Positions 7,511 to 14,677 of a DNA stretch of 32,000 bases are shown here, one piece after another. The notes beneath the pieces were generated by a model. That model did not search any database, was not told the origin of the DNA, and worked only from the letters and a program-made list of their open reading frames with translations. This stretch comes from Nanobdellota archaeon (GTDB lineage Archaea > Nanobdellota > Nanobdellia > Nanobdellales > Nanobdellaceae). Position 1 is the stretch's first letter, and every line of letters begins with the position of its first letter. The position numbers and the translations under genes are program-made. The DNA is taken from assembly GCA_042850255.1 (NCBI GenBank), contig AP031373.1:570001-602000 (forward strand). The letters are read 5' to 3'.

Positions 7511-8180
7511 ATTCTTCTATTTTATCCAATATTTCTTTACCTCCTTGATATTTTACTTCCCCATTTAAAATTATTACTACTTTATCTATATCTAAATCTT
7601 TTACAAATTTTAAATTATGCGAAATTAAAATTATCATTCTTCCTTCTTCTTTAAATTTCTTTAAATAATCCTTTAATTTTTCCAAAAATTCTATATCAGA
7701 TCCTGAATCTATTTCATCAAATATTAATATTTTTCTATTTAATAATATAGATAATAATAACGAAAATCTTTTCTTTTCTCCTCCAGATAAGTTATAATTT
7801 ATACCTCTATCTAAAAAATCATCTGGTAATCCTAATTCTTTTCCTAATTTTTTTATTTCTTCTTCATTATAATTATTTAAAATATTCATTAATAATGTTC
7901 TTGTTTTAATATTTTCTATCTCTATTGGATTTTGAAATGAATAATATATATATTTTGCTATATTTTCTGTTTTTTCATTTGTTATATCAATATTATCTAG
8001 TATTATTTTCCCATCTTTTTTGAAATTTTCATCATTTAATATTGCTTTGCACAAAGATGTTTTTCCAGAACCATTTGGTCCAAATATTAAATATAATTTT
8101 CCATAATCAAATTCTAAATTTACATTTTTCAATATTTTTTTATCTTCATAATATATATTAAGATTTTTTATCTCGAGCAT
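7491..8180 (-). CDS. sufC: Fe-S cluster assembly ATPase SufC
   Basis: Walker A 'GPNGSGKTS', 'FQNPIEI', signature 'LSGGEKKR', Walker B 'ILIFDEIDSGSDI'. Colinear with E. coli SufC through to the C-terminal 'EEYGF'. Confidence 0.8.
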   Translation of the reverse strand: MLEIKNLNIYYEDKKILKNVNLEFDYGKLYLIFGPNGSGKTSLCKAILNDENFKKDGKIILDNIDITNEKTENIAKYIYYSFQNPIEIENIKTRTLLMNILNNYNEEEIKKLGKELGLPDDFLDRGINYNLSGGEKKRFSLLLSILLNRKILIFDEIDSGSDIEFLEKLKDYLKKFKEEGRMIILISHNLKFVKDLDIDKVVIILNGEVKYQGGKEILDKIEEYGFNIF

Positions 8181-8219
8181 TCAGAATAATTATAAAAAAT
8201 ATTTATATATATAACTTTG

Positions 8220-8741
8220 TTATATCTGTCTAGAATTTCTAAAAGAAGGAGTTAAACCTCTTAATGCTCTTTTTCTATGTTTTTTCAATAATAACCAGGA
8301 ATATTCTTCTCTATTATATATATTAGGATTGTTCGGATCTACTAATATTACTTCAAACCATTTATATTTACCATCTTCTCCTACGTAATAAGATCCTAAT
8401 ATTTCCATATTTGAATATTTTCTTTGAACTCTTTGTTCTGCAATTGATTGTAATGATATATTTAAAGGTCTGTAAAATTGATAATTAACGGATTTTACAT
8501 GTCTTGGCATATCCTTTCTTTTCCTCCATCCTTTTTTTACTCTTACCCTTACTAATACTATTCCATTTATTGGTTTCCATCCTAATCTTCTAGCTTTATC
8601 TAATCTAGTAGGTCTTTCAATTCTAACTATTTCAGGTTCTCTTCTCCAAATTATCAATCTTTCTCTAATAAATTTTTTTATTCTTTCATCTTTAAATCTC
8701 TTTTTCCATATTTCGGAAATATAAGAATAAAAAGATTTCAT
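8220..8741 (-). CDS. rpl15e: 50S ribosomal protein L15e
   Basis: 'YISEIWKK', 'RLIIWRREPEIVRIERPTRLDKARRLGWKPINGIVLVRVRVKKG' is a typical L15e N-terminus. Confidence 0.9.
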   Translation of the reverse strand: MKSFYSYISEIWKKRFKDERIKKFIRERLIIWRREPEIVRIERPTRLDKARRLGWKPINGIVLVRVRVKKGWRKRKDMPRHVKSVNYQFYRPLNISLQSIAEQRVQRKYSNMEILGSYYVGEDGKYKWFEVILVDPNNPNIYNREEYSWLLLKKHRKRALRGLTPSFRNSRQI

Positions 8742-9001
8742 TGTTTTTGTTGATTACTATCTTGTTTATTCTCTTCCTTTTTTTCCTCCTCTTCCAATTC
8801 TTTTTCTATTTCCTTTAGTTCTTTTTCTAATTTTTTATCCTCGAATCCTATCCATAACAATATTATCCCTAGTATTAAAAATATTGGTCCTAATAATCCT
8901 TTTATAATAATTATTACCTCTTCTAACCAATACCATACTAATCCTATTCCCAATAATAATAATACTACCCCTAAAGCAGATTCTTTTATCCAATCCTTCA
9001 T
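8738..9001 (-). CDS. Small membrane protein with E/K-rich tail
   Basis: 87 aa with two hydrophobic helices and then 'KELKEIEKELEEEEKKEENK'. 4-nt overlap with the rpl15e start. No recognisable family. Confidence 0.4.
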   Translation of the reverse strand: MKDWIKESALGVVLLLLGIGLVWYWLEEVIIIIKGLLGPIFLILGIILLWIGFEDKKLEKELKEIEKELEEEEKKEENKQDSNQQKQ

Positions 9002-9041
9002 TTAATATTAACTATAAATAACTTTTTTAAATATAATATTA

Positions 9042-9932
9042 ATGCATGAAATTATCAAAGAATTAGAAAATTTAATTAATCAAATACCAAAAGGAAAAGT
9101 TACTACATTTAAAATATTGTCAGAGTATCTCGGATCAACATATTCTATAAAATTTATATTGCAATATTATAAAAAATTAAATGTTCCTTGGTGGAGGATT
9201 GTAAATGAAAATGGTATAGTAAGAGATCTTGAACAAAAAGAATTATTAACAAAGGAAGGGGTAATAATTAAAAATGATAAAGTAGATTTAGATAAATATC
9301 TATTTGATAGATTTTATGTTAAAGAAAAAATATTAGAAAAATATAGGAAAATACAGCTAGAATTAGTGAAAAATATTATTTTGGAAGATAGAGTAAATAA
9401 CATAAATTATGTAGGAGGTGTAGATTTAAGTTATGATAAAGATTTTGGATATATAGTATATGTTATATTGGATAAAGAATTAAATGTAATAAATAAATAT
9501 ATATTTAAAGAAAAAATAGAGTTTCCATATATTCCATCTTTTCTAGCATTTAGAGAAGGAGAACCAATTATAAAAACATTTAATAAAATTAGAGAAAAAA
9601 TTGATATTTTATTTGTAAATGGACACGGAGTTTCTCATCCAGCGAAAATGGGTCTTGCATCATATGTAGGGGTCAAATTAAATATCCCAACAATTGGAAT
9701 TACAAAATCTCTATTATATGGAAAAATAATAGGTAATAAAATAATAATAGATAATGAAGTTAGAGGATTTGTAATAGAAAAATTTAATAGAAAAATATTT
9801 GTATCTCCTGGAAATTTAATATCTTTAGAAAAAAGTAAAGAATTGTCTGAAAAATTTTGGATAAAAGGAAATTATCCAGAACCAATTAGATTAGCTGATG
9901 AAATAAGTAAAAAGATTAAACATAAGGGATAA
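9042..9932 (+). CDS. Fusion protein: alkyltransferase-like (ATL/AGT DNA-binding) domain + endonuclease V domain
   Basis: aa 15-60 'IPKGKVTTFKILSEYLG...NVPWWRIVNENG' fits the AGT/ATL C-terminal domain, with Trp where AGT has the reactive Cys. aa 120-296 carry the EndoV motifs 'GGVDLSY', 'PYIPSFLAFRE', 'FVNGHGVSHP', 'IPTIGITK' and 'PEPIRLAD'. Confidence 0.8.
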   Translation: MHEIIKELENLINQIPKGKVTTFKILSEYLGSTYSIKFILQYYKKLNVPWWRIVNENGIVRDLEQKELLTKEGVIIKNDKVDLDKYLFDRFYVKEKILEKYRKIQLELVKNIILEDRVNNINYVGGVDLSYDKDFGYIVYVILDKELNVINKYIFKEKIEFPYIPSFLAFREGEPIIKTFNKIREKIDILFVNGHGVSHPAKMGLASYVGVKLNIPTIGITKSLLYGKIIGNKIIIDNEVRGFVIEKFNRKIFVSPGNLISLEKSKELSEKFWIKGNYPEPIRLADEISKKIKHKG

Positions 9933-10233
9933 CCTTTTTTATATATTCTTTAAATTTATCTACCTTCAAGTATAGCGCAGACAATATATCATAAGTAGAA
10001 TATTGTAGAACAGATGGTGTTATATAGTCTGAAGAAAACTTATGAGTAATTATATAACAAATATATAGTGATAATAATAATCCTGCAGTATTATATAAAT
10101 ATAATTTCTCTAAACTTTTTGAATTATCTGGAAAATAATATTTTATTACATTAACTATAAGTTTCTTTAATCTTGGATATTTATAAAAAATTCTGTCTAA
10201 TTTTTCCTCTAAATTCTTTTTATTAAATTTCAT
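9916..10233 (-). CDS. Hypothetical protein (one hydrophobic segment)
   Basis: 105-aa ORF whose start overlaps the aIF5A stop by 4 nt (operon-like). No family recognised. Confidence 0.35.
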   Translation of the reverse strand: MKFNKKNLEEKLDRIFYKYPRLKKLIVNVIKYYFPDNSKSLEKLYLYNTAGLLLSLYICYIITHKFSSDYITPSVLQYSTYDILSALYLKVDKFKEYIKKVIPYV

Positions 10234-10631
10234 TCTCTAAATGCCTGTACTATTATTTTTTCTCCTATATCCCAAATTAATACTTTCTGTCCTTCTTGTA
10301 CTTTTCCTTTCAAATTTTCATCAATAACCTTTGCATCAAATGTTTCATATGTATCTAAGTTCATTACTGTATAAACATCATCAGATACTTTTGCTATTAC
10401 TTGTCCTCTTATTTTATTAATCACAGGAACTTCTATAGGATCCTGTGTTGGTTTTACTAGTTCAGTGGTTTTACCAGATACTAATGATCTTATTACTATT
10501 CTTGCCTTTGCAGAACCATGTTTCCCAGTTTTAGCAGTTTCCATTTCCAATACTTCCCATACTTCATTATTGTACCATACATATGATCCTTTCTTCAAAT
10601 CAATTACTTTTTTTACTTGTATTTCTGGCAT
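10230..10631 (-). CDS. eif5a: Translation initiation factor 5A (aIF5A)
   Basis: Hypusine-site motif 'KTGKHGSAKARIV', with the usual SH3-like N-domain and OB C-domain length (133 aa). Confidence 0.9.
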   Translation of the reverse strand: MPEIQVKKVIDLKKGSYVWYNNEVWEVLEMETAKTGKHGSAKARIVIRSLVSGKTTELVKPTQDPIEVPVINKIRGQVIAKVSDDVYTVMNLDTYETFDAKVIDENLKGKVQEGQKVLIWDIGEKIIVQAFRE

Positions 10632-10672
10632 TCTATAATATATTTCTTAAATATTTAAATAATTATTTTAGA

Positions 10673-11881
10673 ATGGAAGTAGAGTATTTAAAAAATGATG
10701 TACCATTATATAAAATATATTTAGATAATGTTAATAGCATAGGTATTGGAATAGGATTTAATATAGGTTCTATATATGAAGAAAAAGATAAGAGAGGTAT
10801 ATCTCACTTTCTAGAACATATGATGTTTAAATCTAATGAAAAGTATACTGCAGAGCAAATTGATTATGGATTAGAATTAAATGGTGGAATTTCTAATGCT
10901 TATACATCTTATGATATAACTGGATACATTGTAGAGACAATACCAGAAGGGTTTAATAAAGTATTAGATATATTGTATTATGCAATAATAAATAAAAAAT
11001 ATAAACAGGAAGAATTTGAAAATGAGAAAAAAGTTGTTATGTCTGAAATATTGAGATATGAAAACGATCCAGAAAGTTTATTACATCTTTACTTAGGTAA
11101 ATCATTATTTGGAGATTCTGATATTGGAGATCCAATAGGCGGTACAAAAGATACTATAATAAATATAAATAAAGAAGATATTGAAGAATTTAAGGAAAAA
11201 TATTACAATCCTGATAACATGATAATTCTTTTAGAAGGGAAATTTAATGATGACCATGTAAAATTAGTAAAAGAATATTTTGAAAAAATGGAAGGAAATA
11301 GTAATAAAAAGAAAGAACCTTCTGTTAGTGATGGAAAAGATATTATAATTAAAAAAGATGGAATAAGGGATCAAATATATTATTCTTTATCTACAAATTT
11401 TAATGAAGAAGATTTAATTAATTTAGAAGCTTTATCTTCAATATTATCTGGAGGTGTATCATCAAAAGTATTTCAAATATTTAGAAATAAATATGGAATT
11501 GGATATTCTGTTTATTTATTTACAACTTTAATATATAAATATTCAATATTATCATTAATGATCCCAGGATTTGATAAAGATAAAGAAAATATGTTAAATG
11601 ATGCTATAAATTATTTTATAGATAAGTATAATGAGTATATAGATAAAGAATATATAGATGGTAGGATAAGAAGAGAGAAATTTTTATATCTAACAAAAAC
11701 AAAGGATAATATATTTAGAAGATTATTTGAAGATATAGAATATATAATTAAATTTGGAAAAAGTATTGATGATATAGAGAAAGAAGTAGAGGAAATTATA
11801 AAAAATAATTATATAGATTTGGAAAAATATTTAAAGAAATTATATAATGGTAAAAAAGTAATAATATATCCAAATGATTGA
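10673..11881 (+). CDS. M16 (pitrilysin) family zinc peptidase
   Basis: Inverted zinc motif HxxEH in 'ISHFLEHMMFKS'. I chose the ATG at 10673 (MEVEYLK...) because the track start at 10583 lies antisense inside aIF5A. Confidence 0.75.
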   Translation: MEVEYLKNDVPLYKIYLDNVNSIGIGIGFNIGSIYEEKDKRGISHFLEHMMFKSNEKYTAEQIDYGLELNGGISNAYTSYDITGYIVETIPEGFNKVLDILYYAIINKKYKQEEFENEKKVVMSEILRYENDPESLLHLYLGKSLFGDSDIGDPIGGTKDTIININKEDIEEFKEKYYNPDNMIILLEGKFNDDHVKLVKEYFEKMEGNSNKKKEPSVSDGKDIIIKKDGIRDQIYYSLSTNFNEEDLINLEALSSILSGGVSSKVFQIFRNKYGIGYSVYLFTTLIYKYSILSLMIPGFDKDKENMLNDAINYFIDKYNEYIDKEYIDGRIRREKFLYLTKTKDNIFRRLFEDIEYIIKFGKSIDDIEKEVEEIIKNNYIDLEKYLKKLYNGKKVIIYPND

Positions 11882-12506
11882 AGAAATAATAAAAGGAATA
11901 AAAGAAACATTAGAAGAAAATAATATAAATGAAAAATTAGCTTCTCCATATATTTGGGAAAAATATAAAGATCCATTAAAGGTATTAATAACTATATTGT
12001 TATCTATAAGGGTTAGAGAAGAAAAGACATTGGAAGTTTCCGAGAGACTATTTAATAAATTTAAAACACTTGAAGATTTAAAAAGAGCAAGTTTGGAAGA
12101 AATAAAAGATACTATAAAAGATATTGGATTATATAATAATAAAGCAAAATGGATAAAAGAAATTGTGAATTTATGGGATTATAGTAAATATTGCGATGAA
12201 GAATATATAAGGAGTTTACCAGGAATTGGGAGAAAAGTTGCAAATGTATATTTAATAATTGTATGTAACAAAAATTATATTGCAGTAGATACTCATGTTC
12301 ATAGAATATTTAATAGAATTGGCATTGTTAATACAAAATATCCTGAAGATACAGAAAAAGAATTATATAAAATTATTCCAGAAAAATATTGGAAAGATAT
12401 AAATTTTTTATTTGTAATATTTGGAAGAAATATTTGTAAACCTATAAATCCAAAATGTAATATTTGTAAAATAAAAAATATATGTAATTATGGAAAAAAT
12501 TATTGA
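11874..12506 (+). CDS. nth: Endonuclease III (HhH-GPD DNA glycosylase/AP lyase)
   Basis: HhH 'LPGIGRKVANVYL', 'VDTHVHRIFNRIG', and a C-terminal C-x6-C-x2-C-x5-C cluster ('CKPINPKCNICKIKNIC'). Confidence 0.85.
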   Translation: MIEEIIKGIKETLEENNINEKLASPYIWEKYKDPLKVLITILLSIRVREEKTLEVSERLFNKFKTLEDLKRASLEEIKDTIKDIGLYNNKAKWIKEIVNLWDYSKYCDEEYIRSLPGIGRKVANVYLIIVCNKNYIAVDTHVHRIFNRIGIVNTKYPEDTEKELYKIIPEKYWKDINFLFVIFGRNICKPINPKCNICKIKNICNYGKNY

Positions 12507-13114
12507 GGAGGAACAGATATTTTCAATAAATTTGCGTGTTCATCTGTTATATTTTCTTCTGCATATTTTTCTAATTTTATGCTTTCTTCTATTTTTATCT
12601 TATAAAATCCTATTTTCTTATTTTGCACATCTGCAATAAATGTTCTTATATCTGGTAAAGATTTTAAATAATCTTTTATTTTTTGATCAGATAATATTGT
12701 AGATAACTGTTTTGTTGCTAACCAGGTTCTTCCATGTATTAACAAAGCTTTATTATAATTATTCTTCATTAATTCTTCAATAGTCTTCTTTGTCATATCA
12801 TTTATTACTGATAGTTTTTGTTCTCCTCCGAATACGATAAATATAGCATCCGGATTATATTTTAATACTTCTTTTATAGTTTCCGATAGTTTATTTTCTT
12901 CATACAAAAATACTTTTGCGCTTTCATCCTTATAATTACCCTTTGATAGGAATCCTCCAATTACTGCTCCAACCATTGAAGAACATATCCTATCTGGATA
13001 CAATATTATTGCTACTCTTTTATATCCTTCTAATAGATCTCTACCAGTAAAATATCCTGTTAATCCTCTTAAATAAATTTCTTGGTCTAAAGAAGCTCTA
13101 CTTATTGTGTCCAT
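12500..13114 (-). CDS. Conserved-looking hypothetical protein (alpha/beta)
   Basis: 204-aa ORF with non-low-complexity composition. Convergent with nth, overlapping it by 7 nt. I cannot assign a family. Confidence 0.5.
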   Translation of the reverse strand: MDTISRASLDQEIYLRGLTGYFTGRDLLEGYKRVAIILYPDRICSSMVGAVIGGFLSKGNYKDESAKVFLYEENKLSETIKEVLKYNPDAIFIVFGGEQKLSVINDMTKKTIEELMKNNYNKALLIHGRTWLATKQLSTILSDQKIKDYLKSLPDIRTFIADVQNKKIGFYKIKIEESIKLEKYAEENITDEHANLLKISVPPQ

Positions 13115-13179
13115 AACTAAGTTATATAACTAAAACTTAAAAATTTAAAATAAAAGAAAGAAAAATATAGAAGGAGCCT

Positions 13180-13422
13180 TTATAATTTCTTAAATATTGC
13201 ACCTACTGCTAATTGTATATCTTCTCTCTTTACTGTTGTTCTTTTTCCGTGTGTTGCCAATGATACAGCTTCTTTTGCAATTTCAAAAGCTATGTCTTCT
13301 AATTGTTGTTTTAGGAATCTGATTGCCTTATCTGATACCCTTGTAACTCCAGCTTGTTCACCCTTTTGTTTTAAGATCCTTTCTACTACAGCCATTGGAA
13401 TTCCTCTTTCTCCTCTTGCCAT
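13180..13422 (-). CDS. Archaeal histone (HMf family)
   Basis: 'GIPMAVVERILKQ...VTRVSDKAIRFLKQQLEDIAFEIAKEAVSLATHGKRTTVKREDIQLAV' is a histone fold. The ATG at 13422 (MARGERG) is preferred because a TTTATAAA box sits at -30..-23. The track start at 13488 is a TTG upstream of that box. Confidence 0.85.
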   Translation of the reverse strand: MARGERGIPMAVVERILKQKGEQAGVTRVSDKAIRFLKQQLEDIAFEIAKEAVSLATHGKRTTVKREDIQLAVGAIFKKL

Positions 13423-13444
13423 AAAAATATATATTATGATTGTA

Positions 13445-13452
13445 TTTATAAA
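13445..13452 (-). promoter_or_regulatory. TATA box TTTATAAA of the histone gene
   Basis: Lies at -30..-23 from the ATG at 13422, which implies a leaderless mRNA. Confidence 0.5.
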
Positions 13453-13617
13453 ACTTTTCTTATTTTCCTTTTCATGAACCAAATTCAATCATAAGGACTA
13501 TTAGATCTAATATTTTGCATTTTCTTTTTGATACCTATATCATACACCATATATATAACACCAGTCATACTAACTTACCCCAATAATTTTTTATAAGGGA
13601 AAATAGTAAAAAATAGT

Positions 13618-14364
13618 TTATTCTCTAGGAGCTAGTACAAATCCGAATCTAAATTTATCAGTAGATTTATAGTCAATCCATATTGGTTTTCCTGAATCAA
13701 ATTTAAATGTTAAAGTATCTGATATTTTTGCTACTTTTGATAATTTATACAAATATTCTACAGAATATCTTGCTAAAGCTTTTGATGGAACTTCCATTGA
13801 TAATACACTTTCGTCTTGTGGAGTTAAATCAATTCTCATATCCTTTAATTCCCCTTCTGCAATGAAGGATACTTTTGGTCCATCGGGATCAGCTACTACT
13901 TTTAATTCATCAGCAATTACTTTTGCAGAGTCTATTATATCATAAAATGCTTTAGAATCCATTTCAACTTTTATAGGTAATTCTAAATTTGGCAATTCCA
14001 TAAATGATCCTTCAGATTCTATTAATGGTAATGTAAAAACCTTCTTAGCTTTGCTTTTTACTTCTATTACTAGTTTATTTTTCTCTTTATCAATTTCTAA
14101 AGTTAATTGATCTTTTAATTTTACCTTTCCCAATATCTTTCTTAAGTCTTCTAAATTTATTGTAAACTTTTCTTCTTCATTTACATCATATTCTGTAAAC
14201 ATATTTGGATACATATCCAATAATATTACTGCTACGTTTGCTGGATCTAATGATGATAAAAATATTCCATCTTTGTTTGCTTTGAATGTTCCTTCTGATA
14301 GAAAACTTACTATTGCTGGCATTATATTTTTTAATTCTTTAGCTTGAGGAAAAGTAACTTTCAT
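13618..14364 (-). CDS. pcn: DNA polymerase sliding clamp (PCNA)
   Basis: 248 aa. 'AKELKNIMPAIVSFLSEGTFKANKDGIFLSSLDPANVAVILLDM' and the two-domain length are typical of PCNA. A T6 run follows 5 nt after the stop. Confidence 0.9.
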   Translation of the reverse strand: MKVTFPQAKELKNIMPAIVSFLSEGTFKANKDGIFLSSLDPANVAVILLDMYPNMFTEYDVNEEEKFTINLEDLRKILGKVKLKDQLTLEIDKEKNKLVIEVKSKAKKVFTLPLIESEGSFMELPNLELPIKVEMDSKAFYDIIDSAKVIADELKVVADPDGPKVSFIAEGELKDMRIDLTPQDESVLSMEVPSKALARYSVEYLYKLSKVAKISDTLTFKFDSGKPIWIDYKSTDKFRFGFVLAPRE

Positions 14365-14451
14365 AAATAATATTTTCCAAAAAGTTTAATAAAAGTATCA
14401 GATAGAATAATATATCTTAAGTAGTTTATGAATCTTAAAAATTGTAATATA

Positions 14452-14670
14452 CTAGACGGTTGCTTTTCCCTGGAAATATCCTATTATTATTCCAGCCAAG
14501 AATATGAATAATGCTTGCAATGGAGTATTTTTAATTATATCATAAAGTTGATAGAAACCTTCTAAAAAATTACCATGATATACAACATAAGAATATCCTC
14601 CTATAATTGCTGCTATTATCAATAAAGCAATAACAAATGCAGTTCCTCTACTATAATATTGACTTCTCAT
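14452..14670 (-). CDS. Small two-helix membrane protein
   Basis: 72-aa ORF with two clear hydrophobic helices. It fills the gap between the helicase and PCNA genes. No family recognised. Confidence 0.4.
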   Translation of the reverse strand: MRSQYYSRGTAFVIALLIIAAIIGGYSYVVYHGNFLEGFYQLYDIIKNTPLQALFIFLAGIIIGYFQGKATV

Positions 14671-14677
14671 TATCTTC

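Noticed and set aside
10583-10672. 30-codon N-terminal extension of the M16 peptidase ORF
   Set aside because: It would lie antisense within aIF5A and encodes a hydrophobic, low-complexity stretch. The ATG at 10673 follows the intergenic AT-rich region.
13292-13477. 61-aa plus-strand ORF
   Set aside because: It lies antisense to the histone gene and its promoter and has no recognisable features.
13423-13488. 22-codon N-terminal extension of the histone ORF
   Set aside because: It starts at a TTG and would include the gene's own TATA box. Archaeal histones begin close to the 'IP.A.v.RI.K' segment.
13455-13600. C/D-box sRNA in the PCNA-histone spacer
   Set aside because: Only degenerate 'TGATAT'/'TGATTGA' strings occur, and there is no canonical RUGAUGA...CUGA pairing on either strand.
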